Assembly: GCA_010909165.1 (NCBI GenBank)
Contig: MU008155.1
Coordinates: forward strand, 1,860,001-1,924,000
Length of the DNA: 64,000 bases
Direction: 5' to 3'
Source of the DNA: Anthoceros angustus
Taxonomy: Eukaryota > Plantae > Anthocerotophyta
Both the position numbers and the translations under genes were made by a program. The notes beneath the pieces are model-generated. The model did no database searches, was not told where the DNA came from, and was given only the letters and a program-made list of their open reading frames with translations. Below are positions 1 through 15,200 of the stretch, in pieces; positions within the stretch are counted from its first letter, which is position 1; the number at the start of each line of letters is the position of its first letter.

Positions 1-177
1 GCTAAGTGAGCAATTTCTTTTCTTGCATGTGTGGTGTATGGTACTATCGCAAAGTAATTTTCCATACAAGACAACCCTTGTGGTCCTTTCAAACCATAAA
101 TCATTTAAACCCTCTTGAAAATGGTTATCACTATGAATCTATTCGTATTTAGTGATAGTATATCATAGTGTATAGTT

Positions 178-612
178 GTGCATATCATTATGGATATTGA
201 GAAGCGGCCAATTATAATTTCTCTTACAATTGCTTTGTTGTTATCAATCTTATTTGCTTTTCTTTTCAAGGATCCAGAGCCTTTAGAGAAAAATGAATTT
301 GGAAGTAGCAAAGTTGCACTTTCTGAACCTTCCTCGCCAAAGACTTCAGAAAAAAATGAATTTGGGAGCGACAAAGTTGCACTTTCCAAACCTTCCAGAT
401 CTCCCTCAATTTCTGACCCTGATAATCCCTCTTGCAAGTGTGCAGAAAACATGCAGGCTAAAATTCTTCATAAGAATAGTAAAGATTGTCTACTTTGCAA
501 ATTTATATCGTTGGGTGTAGAATGTGAGCATTGTCTAGCATTAAACCATCAGCATTTCCTTCAAGATATTTTTGGAAAATCATCCTCATTTATGAAATAT
601 TCCAAATTATGA
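178..612 (+). CDS. AT-rich ORF of unknown function (hydrophobic N-terminal segment, internal repeat, Cys-rich C-terminus); may not be a real gene
   Basis: 144-aa ORF with IIISLTIALLLSILFAFLF, a duplicated EKNEFGS(S/D)KVALS unit (63-bp repeat) and CxC/CxxC motifs. No family recognised. Confidence 0.25.
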   Translation: MHIIMDIEKRPIIISLTIALLLSILFAFLFKDPEPLEKNEFGSSKVALSEPSSPKTSEKNEFGSDKVALSKPSRSPSISDPDNPSCKCAENMQAKILHKNSKDCLLCKFISLGVECEHCLALNHQHFLQDIFGKSSSFMKYSKL

Positions 613-1629
613 AGATAGGCTTGAGCATGGTTGAATGTGAATATTGAGGCGTTCTTTGATACACTGCTTATCAAAAAATCATTTATATTTCTGACTGTTC
701 TCACTGTTGACTTTCAGTTACTAGCAAATTAGTGGAAATTGCTAAAAAGCCATTTCAGTTGGGGGCCAAATAATCTTCAAGTATAGACTCTTCAAGTTCT
801 TGCAATTCGCAAGTGAGATAATTTGTGAGCTAGAATGACGGAGCACTTTATAGGTAAATAAAGTATTTGTTGTCTTTAAATACAAAAAATACTACTGTTA
901 TATGGTCTAAAAATAGCGCCAAAGCTGCTCCACTCCCCGCTATATAAGGTCCTAGCTCCTGCCCAAGTCTTAGACAAAATTGTTGGAATTAGTTTATGAA
1001 TGAGAGGTTTGAAGAAGGCATCAAGTTGGATCCCTTCATGTTGTAAACCTATACTAATTTTGAACATTATTGTTGTTGGCCACTTGGATTGACAGATGAT
1101 CACCCATCGAGACCTTATGTAAAGCAAGGGATACCTATTGATTGTTAAATAAAGACAACAAAAAATAATAGAAGCAATTGTACTCCCACTAAGATTGATG
1201 TAGTCTCCACATTTTTCTAGGCTTTCTTTTTTAAATGAGCGTAGCAAGGTCTAAAGGGGCAGCAAGATTCATTCTTTAAGTCACATCGATTGCAACCGAA
1301 TTCAAGGTGCTTGGCTACCACCTTGAAAGGTTTTACAATTCTTATTGCGGTCCATTTCTTTTATTTTTTATTTTTTGGGAAGATTCATAAATCATACAAA
1401 TATAGAAGGCACTTAGAGAGTGTTACTTATATGGGGTGAGCCATAGCTAGGGTTAGTTTTTGTTGTGGTTGGCTTTTTTCATAAAACTCCAAATTATTGA
1501 AACCACCATGCTGGGTATCCAGACTCATTGATTCTTAGCCCAACATTATCCTCTGGGTGAGGCGGCCAACTTTAACCCCCAAATGATCGGGGGTGTGGAG
1601 GGTATTTTCAAGGAAATACCCTCCACACA

Positions 1630-1870
1630 CTTGTAATTGCATGTAAAATCATATGAGCCTTCATCAAATCCGTGAAAGTGGAGGGGACAAGCCCTCCTTC
1701 TCTTCTTTGGGATGAGCTCACTCTTGCCGACATTCGAGGTGTGAGGTGGTGGACTTGTACTTGTATGTAAAATCATGTGAGCCTTCATCAAATACGTGAA
1801 AATAGAGGGTCCCACATGCCCTCTTTCTCCTTTTCAGGATGAGCTCACTCTTCTAGGCATTCGAGGTGTA
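1630..1870. repeat. Two diverged ~124-bp tandem copies in degenerate intergenic/TE-like DNA
   Basis: ATGTAAAATCAT(A/G)TGAGCCTTCATCAAAT...GATGAGCTCACTCTT...CATTCGAGGTGT starts at 1641 and again at 1765. Confidence 0.8.
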
Positions 1871-4003
1871 AAGCGGTAGCTATGGCCATTGAAACTTTCA
1901 TAGGTTTCTTTTCGTGAGTACAGCGGGTCGTGGTTTAGGGCCAATTCATCACAAAAACAGGTGATCTTGATATCGGAAGCTGTGCCTCTATGGAGGCTAC
2001 ACATCAGTAGAAAAGTGCATGCATAAATGGAGAGTACAAGCTGCTATGTGCAAAACTTTTGTGTCTTGCTATGAAGAACCAAACTCCGAAAGAAACTTGT
2101 AACCCGCCATCCCCCTATCCCTAACTAACCCATGTGCACACTGCACGGAGGCAGTCATTCTACTATTGTGATTGGTTGTGGCAAGCCATGAGCAAGAGCA
2201 CAATAGCCATTGAGGCTGAGTTTCCGTGTACCCGGCCTTTCCCTAGAAATGGCTTGCAATTGGATTCACTCCTCGACCCATGGCTGAGCCGTTCCATGTC
2301 ATTTCTTGTGCTTCTCTCCTCGATCGATCCTGGTGCAAGAGGGGCATGATCGCCGCGATGCCGACCGGAGCAAACATGTGTGCAAGAGGGGCATGACGGT
2401 TAGGCATTTAGGGATTAACTTGGCATATATTCCTAGTGGGTTTTGAATGTTGGGGCTGAGCGCTACAGCCTCAAACGTTCTTTTAGATTGTTGAAGTGAC
2501 AAATCTCGAAGTTGATATAGCTACTCCCAAATGAACTATGTTAACTAGCAATGTACATTGAAGCCCTACCAAGTTCATTTAGGACTCATAGTTGCTTTGT
2601 AATACTCCAATCGCAGGGTGCCATAAGATGTCCAAATTCTTCTCATGATAACAAGTTGGATTTAATAAAGTTGTACAAGAGCAAAGTCATCAATATCCAC
2701 CGTGACTCTATGATCATTAGGTTGATCATCTTACAGTCTTGCGAAACATTGATAAACTTCTCACCTCCACTTTCAAATCCCACCTTCCAATTGAACGACT
2801 TGTGAATGCAAAGTCGATTCTTTGCTCCGTTGTTTTATTACCTTCAAATTTGAGTGTAGAAATGAGGACCTTTGTCAAGACAACTTTTAAGTATTGTGTC
2901 TTTGAATGCCTCCGAGCTGAAAACCTAGTACTTTTGATTTTCTCCTCTTGGCAAATAGGCCGCATAAGTTGTGCTTTTTTAACATTCGATCTGAACTATT
3001 TGGATACTAAAGACGTACATTAAAGACACAAATTTTGAAGGCAAACCAGTAAAAGAAAAAACCACAACTTCAACCCAAAATGATCAAAAACTTCAAATTC
3101 AGACTTTATGGAACTTTTGAAGGCACATCTTTTTATTGTGAATTTTTCTTGTTTTGTTGCTAATTTTACGATCGCAATAGGCGATCTACTTGGTAAGTTC
3201 AATGAAACAAATCACCAAAACCTAAGTCACCTTAGCAAGCTAGGTTAACGTTGTTGGGTCGGCAGAAGGACCGATACACGCATGTGATTGAACCTATCAA
3301 CTTTGTCCAAAGCCTAGCTTGTCGCAACTCTCACGCTTCACTATCAATGGGGAGAATTTCGCACTTTAGACCTCGTACGAGGGAGGTCGGTGAGGCCAGA
3401 TATTGGAATGATTTACAAACTTTCGAACTACCAAGGGGATGGCACCCAATCTCGATACTGATTTGCCTGCGGGCTTCTCAATTAAGGAGTTCTTATCTCA
3501 CCTAGTGAATATGCACCCTCATTCATGGGAACTCTTATTGGCCGAAGGAGGATAACACAGTTGAACGTCCATGTGATAGAATTGCAACCAGGAACTGGAA
3601 AGTTTTGACTTCCAAGTTAGCAAACGTGTGGTCCTGTCATCGTTCGCACCTCGCAAGTGCAGAGGGGAAGTAGGCTTGAGAGTGGAACTTGAAGTTCACA
3701 TTAAGAATTATATGATCGTCTCACCCCAACAACTGATTTTATGGGCATTTCAAATCCAGGTCTTTTTCATTGATGGGATGAAGACATGCGTTCCGGACCT
3801 TTTCATTGATGGGTTGAAGGCATGTGTTTAGATGGAGGGAGAAAACAAAGTACCAACAATTCAAATTGGAAAGCATCCAGATTCAATAAAGAATTCAGAA
3901 GTAATCCCAAAGTGACTCATAGACATTTTGGGATTATAGAGGTTGTTATTGTCTGTTAAGAGGAGAAAATGATAGGAAGAGCCCATGGAGCATATCAAAG
4001 GAC

Positions 4004-4381
4004 ATCAAAGGGAACTGTAGTAGAAAGGAGCAACTAAGCTCCATCCCTCAAGTCACCTACTGTGGCACACATTGATATGATAGGTACATAGTACAAATCC
4101 TAAATATAAAATAAATAATATAATATTTCTAAAATAGCTAGACCTATGTATGCTATGCCGTGCTGTCGCCCAAACTAGAGAGGCAGCTATAGTAAACTAT
4201 CAAAGAGAACTGTAGTAAAAAAGAACAACTAAGCTGCACCCCTAGAGTCACCTAGTGTTGTGACACACATTGATATGATCGTACATCGTACAGAAAGAAA
4301 TTCTAAATATAAAATAATATAAAATAATATGTCTAAAACAGCCAGACCTTTGTATGCTATGCCGTGGTGTCGCCCAAACTA
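4004..4381. repeat. ~195-bp diverged tandem duplication
   Basis: ATCAAAG(G/A)GAACTGTAGTA...CAACTAAGCT...TGTATGCTATGCCGTG(C/G)TGTCGCCCAAACTA occurs twice in tandem. Confidence 0.85.
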
Positions 4382-4982
4382 CATTGGCAGGGATAGGTAT
4401 ACGTAGGTATTTTCATAAAATGTGCGCCGTATGTAAACAACGTGACACCTAAAAGCGAACAACAAATCATGTAAGATTGAAAATAAATGAAAGAAAGAGA
4501 GAGAAGGAGACGGTGTCGGGTGTCTTGGAAAAGCAAGGTGGGCCTGTTTGCCTGTTGCCTGTTGGGTTGGATTTCCGACGGCGCCTGACACCTCCACGTT
4601 CCCTCAAGTCCGCCCTGGTTTCGAAAGCGATCGCAACAGGCGCCGTGCAGTGTGGATGCGATGCATCAGGGGGAGTGAAAGCGATGAGACGTCTCCCATC
4701 ACTTCCCGCGCAGGGCAGGCAGGGCAGGCAGGCCAGGCAGGGCAGGCAGCTGCCAGCAGCCAGCAGCAGTGGCAGTAGCACGCACACCACGCATCCAGCA
4801 GAGCAGGCCTGGCCTGGCCTGGCGTCCCTTTGACCGCTATTTGACCACTGCGCTGCACGACACACACTTGCTCTGCTCCCCCCTCATCAGCAGCTGCAGG
4901 GGCAGCGGCAGGAGCACTAGCAGCCGCACTCTGCCAGCGGCAGCAGCTGCAGGGAGCTCCCACAGCACAGGCTTTCCCCCGG

Positions 4983-5027
4983 CTCCGCCTCCGCCTCCGC
5001 CTCCGCCTCCGCCTCCGCCTCCGCCTC
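4983..5027. repeat. (GCCTCC)n microsatellite in the GC-rich region upstream of the copine gene
   Basis: About 7 perfect hexamer units. A (GCAGG)n tract lies nearby at 4710-4750. Confidence 0.9.
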
Positions 5028-5460
5028 GGGCTCACATCCTTCTGCGTGTACTGTACTGTGCCGTCAAGCTTGGGATTCCGCGCTTTCCTGCCTGCCTGCC
5101 TGTTCCCTGCGTGCCTGCCTCTGGGTAACCCCGCCCCGCAGCTTATGCAGCTCAACGGGCGCTTATCGTAATGCTCCCCGCTTTGGCCAGCTGAGAGTGA
5201 GTGGACGACTCGACTCGGCCCGCGCCCGCATCGCCTACCGACTCCCCGCCCGGAGCCGGCCGGCTATCGGATCTCTCACGTCAGCAGCCCGCGGCTCGGC
5301 CGTCAGTCCCCGAGCCCGGTCTGCGCGCGGCTCCGACGTACAGTACAGACATGCGCTGCGGCGGTCCGTCCGCCTGGAGTGCGCGCTCGGGTCCGGACAC
5401 GGCCACGGGCTCGGTCGCGGGCGGGATTTAGTGGGCGGGAGATCGCCGTGCGGGGGCGTG

Positions 5461-8922
<3,462 letters not shown>

Positions 8923-9021
8923 GCTGCCAACTTCTGTGCGCCAATTTTTTTTGTGTTAGCGTCATCTACATTAATTCGTCCACCGACGACACTTCATCTT
9001 CTACCCGCGGTCAGTGCAACC

Positions 9022-9651
9022 ATGGGATCCCCTGAATCATGGCGCAGGGTGAAGCACGTTGGCCATCTCCTCGATCAGGGAGACCATAATGAGCTTAAAC
9101 TGGGGGGCCCGGCCTTCTGCCGTCTACCGTTATGCTTCGATCCCTGTAGGGTGTCTCTGAGTACTCGGTGCGCTGAAGCATACAGACATTCGAGTGTCTA
9201 TGGCTGTACGTCCGGCATGGCAAGTCCTTGTGACGTTGTCCTTGCGTGGGACCTCGGGCCGCCCGCCAGGTTAGCTGGGGAGCGATTCACCACCAGCGTC
9301 AAGACTTCTTCAGAGAGCGACATAATCCGCCTGGCCGCCGCCTTCCTGAAGGGGTACAAAATAACTCTCGGGCAAGCGTCGACCTGAAGGACGTAGCCTG
9401 CAAATCGGATTTCCCTACGTTCAAATGATGAGATTGTCTTCGTCCAGACGCTTGTGCAGGCTGGAGCGAGCCATGGGAGAGAAAGCGGCGTTGGTTCCTG
9501 AGCAATCGAATTGCCGGTCAGAGTTCTCACGAGGGAAGCAGCAATTGCCAGGGCTGCAGCAAAGAAACGAGAGACTCTAGATCTTCTGCAAGCAGCAGAG
9601 CGAACAGGGATTGAAATTGAAACGGACAAAGAACTGGCTCGTAAGAAGTAA
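9022..9651 (+). pseudogene. Coding-like GC-rich segment interrupted by stops; possible degenerate gene fragment
   Basis: One frame runs MGSPESWRRV...SESDIIRLAAAFLKGYKITLG..*..DEIVFVQTLVQAGA..*..AAIARAAAKKRETLDLLQAAERTG with three in-frame stops. No family recognised with confidence. Confidence 0.25.
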
Positions 9652-10309
9652 GCAGGTGACGGATGAGCAAGGCGGGACAGCACGTCAACGCCTTGTGACT
9701 TCACCTCGAATGGGTGGGGTTGCCGTGGGGCAAGGTGCAAAGAGACCGAAATGTTGAAGGTGCAATGAAACCGAAACGGTGGGGGTGCGGGATAAGGTGC
9801 AGCCAACAATCTGCGGGCAGATGACTGACCACTGTGGTGCAGCGCGTCCGATTGGCACACACGAAAGTGGGCGACTGGTGCAAGAACACGTCCGGACGGC
9901 CACTCTCCGCTTCCGTGGCTCAGTTAGGGCTTGTCATGTTACATCTCTAGTCGGACCGGCCAGCTGAAATTTCCGATTCCTGGCACTCGCATCTGGTCTG
10001 GATACCGACCAGTCGTGAACCGCTTCCATGTGTGGTCAGATGTATGTTTTATTTTTCTTGGGCCAATCCTTCGCATTTTACCGATGGTTTACATTTTCCC
10101 CGCGGATTGCAACATTACATATTCGTTGGAACATGAGGCCCTTTTTTAGTGATTTTTAAAAGTTAAATTATGTAAAGATGTTTGTGCGCCTTGATAACTA
10201 TCGAATGATCTATGTTGGAGATGTAGCACATTGGCTGGAACACCAGATTTCACAATTTGATCCTTATGACATAAAATGAGGTGTAATATTAAATAATTAT
10301 TTTAATATA

Positions 10310-10437
10310 TGGTCATCCAAACTTCAACAAGCAATTCTTACTTTATATTAGATCGGGACCATTCTCCCCTCTTGGTCATCCAAACTTCAACAAGCAATTC
10401 TTACTTTATATTAGATGGGGACCATTCTCCCCTCTTG
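10310..10437. repeat. ~63-bp near-perfect tandem duplication
   Basis: GGTCATCCAAACTTCAACAAGCAATTCTTACTTTATATTAGAT(C/G)GGGACCATTCTCCCCTCTT x2. Confidence 0.9.
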
Positions 10438-10514
10438 GTGGGGAGAGATGCAATTATGATCACATAGATATTATTTTCAATCCAGAGGATTAGAGTTACA
10501 ATAATAAGAAAGAG

Positions 10515-10695
10515 AATAGAGTAGACATTATTAATAGGCGAGATGGGAAATCCCATCTACCCCTGAAGTCTGAGGAGGAACAACCCACAAGGGCTAATGG
10601 TAAAAGGAGAAGTCCTAGTCCTCTCGAATGCCTTTTCCATAACTACCTACTGCATCAATGATGATCAGGGATGATGAAGGGCCTACCTACATCGG
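10515..10695 (+). repeat. Dispersed ~180-bp repeat (short non-autonomous TE-like); inverted copy at ~63590-63792
   Basis: CCCATCTACCCCTGAAGT..GAGGAGGAACAACCCA..GGGCTAATGGTAAAAGG.GAAGTCCTAGTC..TCGAATGCCTTT..AACTACCTACTGCA..GATCAGGGATGATGAAGGGCCTACCTAC matches the reverse complement of 63590-63792. Confidence 0.85.
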
Positions 10696-10799
10696 ACATA
10701 GGATTAGAGTTACAATAATAAGAAAGCACATGTGTATACGTCGTCCCATTCTTATGGGCGCGCCGCCGAACTCCCACGTGGAAGTTCCATGTGGAAGTT

Positions 10800-10980
10800 C
10801 TTTAATGTCGCTTCACCTTGTAATCGTATCGTATCGTATCTTATCTCATCTTTAATGTCGCTTCACCTTGTAATCGTATAGTATCGTATCGTATCTTATC
10901 TCATCTTTAATGTCGCTTCACCTTGTAATCGTATCGTATCGTATCTTATCTCATCGTATCTTATCTTATCTTATTTTATC
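10800..10980. repeat. Minisatellite of three ~50-55 bp units with a (CGTAT/CTTAT)n tail
   Basis: TTTAATGTCGCTTCACCTTGTAATCGTAT(CGTAT)nCTTATCTCATC x3. Confidence 0.9.
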
Positions 10981-12259
10981 ACACCACAAATTACATATTG
11001 TAGATTTAAGTTGCAGCACAATTGAGAACTCATGCGTCATTCTGGATATTCATAATTATATCACAACTGCATCATAAACCCTACTATGAATTCACACCAT
11101 AACTCTACGATGTGAGTGAGTTGGCCATTCAAAGCGGTAGATTTGAGTGAATAGGTCTGTCCGGAGTGGAGCACATCGGTGACAAAAAAGCGAACGACTG
11201 AACGACTGACTTTAGACAATGCCAGGCCGTGATGTGCAGGAGAGTGGGTAGCGCTAAGAAGGTAGGAGGATGTGAACGAAAGTGACAGGTGCTGAGGAAG
11301 ACAAAGACAAGATGGAGAGACAAAAGGAATAGTAAGCATCAAGGAAGACAAAGCCAAGCAGGTGGAGGGAGAAGGAGTGGTAAGCTACCAAGACAAAGAC
11401 AAAGACGCATGCGAAGGCTGTGACCAACAGAAAGGAATAATCATATAGGCGAAGATTCAGCGGAGGCGGCGGTAGAGGCTGCGCCCAACAGAAAGCAATA
11501 GTCTTATAGGCGAGGATTGGTCTAGACCCATTCAAGGTAACCAGTAATTCTAGTTGTTCACACATGGAGTGTTATGTGACAATTGCACTGTAAACTCTGT
11601 TGCCCCGTAAATTCTATGATGAGCTGGCAGGATTGTTTCCAGATTTGAGTGAGTTGGTCATTCTGAGGTTCGGGGTTTAGCAATTGTGGCGCAACCCATT
11701 CTAGATTTGATTGGGTCGGTCATTCTGGAATTGAATTAGTCGTGCATTATCTTACTGCAGGGATTATGTCTTTCTCCCCTCGAACAATATGTGAGGAGGC
11801 TTCATGCACACGGACGTTGTGATGTTGGATAGGTGGATGGTGTCCAGCTGCGCGGTTTCTGCGGCACACGCAGCCGATCAGTTGCTCCGGGCGGAAAATT
11901 ACCTGCCCCGACGTGTGAATTGCATAACAAGTGACTCTGTTGTTTTTGAGGAGCTCACCCGGTTCCCCTGGCCTGGATTTTTTCCTCCACAAGATGGCAA
12001 TAATTACGACAGGCCCAGAGCATGACGGATGTTGCTGGGGATTTAGGGCTAAGAACTAAATTGGCAGATTTGAAGCTGCCAGGGATGTGGGGTCTCTGGG
12101 ACACCTGAAAACATCTTTCTCACAAGAGTGTTTTCGTCGGAAGTTGTTGGTGGCTATGAAAGCAGATGCGAATGTTATCTAAGTGAATTCGTGTGCTCGA
12201 AGGTCAGAATTAGTGCATTGCCAGTTCTTCGCATTCCTGCTACCGCGGAAAAAAGTAAG

Positions 12260-15200
12260 ATGGAGGAAGTGGAGGCCAAGCTCCTGGAACGCCTGAGCGA
12301 GCTGGAACTGTTTGAGAGCACTGTAGAAAACAATGAAGCTGTGGAAGAACAGTACATGAGGAGCAAGGAAAAATGGTACTTGTGATAGCTCGTCGATTGC
12401 TCTAATCTGACATGAGTTCGTGTGTGACGGCGATTCTTGAAGCTTACTGTGTGACCTGTTATCCCCATTTTTCGCTCTCTGAAGCCACCAGCGTTCTAGC
12501 ACTGACAATTGTCTTTCTCCAGGTTTGCAAAGGTGTCGCCATTCTTACGTGATCTTCCAGAACAAATCCATTGTTGGTGCAGGCATAAAAAACTGATGCA
12601 GCCTCTCCTAGAAGTTTACTCAAATTACAGAAAAGACTTGGACCCATCGTCTGCTCTCATATATTTGTGGGCAAGAATTTCGAAAGAGCTCAGGAGATGC
12701 ATGCTCTGTGTTAGATTGCATCATGAGGCTCAAATGTATTTCAAGGAGGAGTTTGAAGAGGAGGTTGTGCTCCCCATTCTGAACACACTGAAGTCATTGG
12801 ATGAAGAAAGGGTGGCCTCACACTTGAAAGACCTGACTGCCAGACTCAAAACTGGTTCCATTGGTGAAACAGATGAGATTATAAATGAGTTGACCTGTGT
12901 CATCTTTGAGGTAAGTGTTTGGGCACTTCTTTAAAATTAAGAAAGCTGGTACTGCTACTTCATGTTCAAGCGATGTCTGTGTTGTGGTATGTACCAGCTT
13001 GTGTTATGCTGTTTGTTGCAGCTCATTTAGTGAACAGCATGTTCTGCAAAGCTAAGAGTTTCCTGACCTTCCTTGTTACAGGTCTTGATGTTTCCCTCTT
13101 TGCTGGATGATGCGGAAGTAAATGAATCGTTCAAGCCCATTTTTCAGCATATTTCACGAATGGGTCTCTCTTTGACACCTGATCATCGTTATCCAGTAAG
13201 CCTTCTGATACCATCAGCTCTGTCTGTGTCAGTACAGGCGATATAATGTCAAAGCTTAGACCTTTTTGACCTAGTAAAAGTTTATATCTCCACCTTTCCT
13301 CTTTGTGCATTACATTCTGATCTGTCACCATTGGTAGGGTCTATATGCCCTTTTTTCGCATGCAGATCAAGGGGTCCGATCAATTGCCAACATTCTTGCA
13401 GCCCATTTTGGAAAATTCAGGTCAACTCTTGGTTCAGTTTTTGCTTGTCTCAATCTGTCTATAGTTGTGGCTAATTTTCAACTTCTCCTGCGTTGCCCTC
13501 AAACGAGCTGTCTCACTGTAGGCCATGGAATGGAAAGGTGGAAAGGAACTGCATCTTGCTCCATGATGATGGGGGGTTTGACTAGTTTATTGCTCGTTTT
13601 GCCTGCAGGGATGCTGCTGATCTGGAGCCTATTCAACCAGTACTTCAAAAGTGGATGGATTGTTTAGAATGTTCTATTCCGGACCTTCAAATGGAAGCTC
13701 CTTTGGTGGATCGGTTGGAAGGCGTAGAAGGTTCCTTAAGTGCTCGTCGCAGGACTGTGGTGAAGCAAGACGCAGTTTGGATAGGTCTACAAAAGCTGTA
13801 AGTCATCCCAGGTGACTGCAACCTCCTGCTTCAGTTCTCGGGTTGAACTGCTTGAAAATCACAAGTTTCAATTTGAAAGCCCGACTTGCATGCTTATTTG
13901 TGATTGCAGATTGGGCCTAATTGAATCCCCTGCGTTTGAGGAAGGAGTGGTGGAACGTTATCCGGGATTTGTCAGCATGGTTCTCAACAATGTCAGTGAA
14001 GCTACATCTGCGTTCCGGTATCCACTGGGCTGTTTATGCCTTCTTTTGAAAATTCTAGGTATGTGTTCCTTCCCCTGTTTTACAGGACCATGGATTGGTA
14101 CTGATCACAATTAAAAAGCTATCAGTTATGGAGGTTGTTCCCACTTCGGCCCCTGTACATTTTCAAGATAAACTTTTTGGCCTTTTGAAGGAAGGAGACA
14201 AGTGCATATCATATCATATCATATCATATCAAGTGCATAACCAATGCGCCTTTCATCATGTCTCTGTGCGCAGGTTATAAATTGTGGTTGAGCTCCACAT
14301 TCCCGGCTGGTGTCGTGCGGAACACTCTTCTTACCCTGTGCTTTCATACCCGGGAAGAGAGTCTTCATACCAGCATTTTTGAGCTCTTTCAGCCCTTCTT
14401 GCAGGTGACTACATTTTTGTAGATGCTGGGCCTGTCCGATGTGTTTCATTGCTCGACGGTTCTCATAATTAGTCAGATGCTGTGCTGACAAATCTGTTCC
14501 TTCATCAGTCACTCGAGGGTTTGCAGGATGGCGAATTTGAAAGACAACGTAGGAGACTGCTTTATTTTTTATTACAGCAGGTCCCTGCTAGTAGCAACTT
14601 CAGCCAGCTTATCCGTAGAAAGGCATCACAGGTTGCAGTCTATCCGTTTTTTCTGTTGCAGCTCAGCCTTGTCTCTCCTGTCCTTGTTGTGGTTTTTGCA
14701 AAATACAGAGTTCTGTTCACGTCCAGACGTCCAGACTTATCCTTTTTGGAACACATGCATGTCGCATTTAACTGACTGACCCTTGCCAACTTATTGATTC
14801 AGATCGCATTTGGAGTAGTAGGACGTGGTTACATGCTGGAGCCACCTGCACCTGCCCTAGATTGTGCTCATGTTTGGTACGCAGCTTTAGCTCCTGTAAT
14901 CGGTTGTGTGTTTGATTAACTAGCAGTCATAGTCAACTTTTCCTTTCTATGTATTGTTCCAGTGGTGCGTTACAACCATAAATGTTAATTTTCGAGATGC
15001 ACACACACTTCTTGTCCGTCCTGGGTCATGAGTGGATCGCTCAGGTTTCCCTTGTCTGCGTAGAGAAGTTCAATTCAGGTTCTGGGTACTGGCACCTAGC
15101 AAAGAGCTGGTGCTGTTGTTCTGCTAGATAGATTCGCTTCTTGATTTGATGAGAGGGGCACCTTCTTCTGATCTTGTATGTCAATGCTTCAGGGGTCCAT

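Noticed and set aside
620-3990. Possible degenerate LINE/LTR coding remnants
   Set aside because: No RT, integrase or endonuclease motif could be read with confidence.
10660-10700. Possible hammerhead ribozyme core (GATGATGAAGGGCC) in the dispersed repeat
   Set aside because: No CTGATGA...GAAA core with a closing stem II in either copy.
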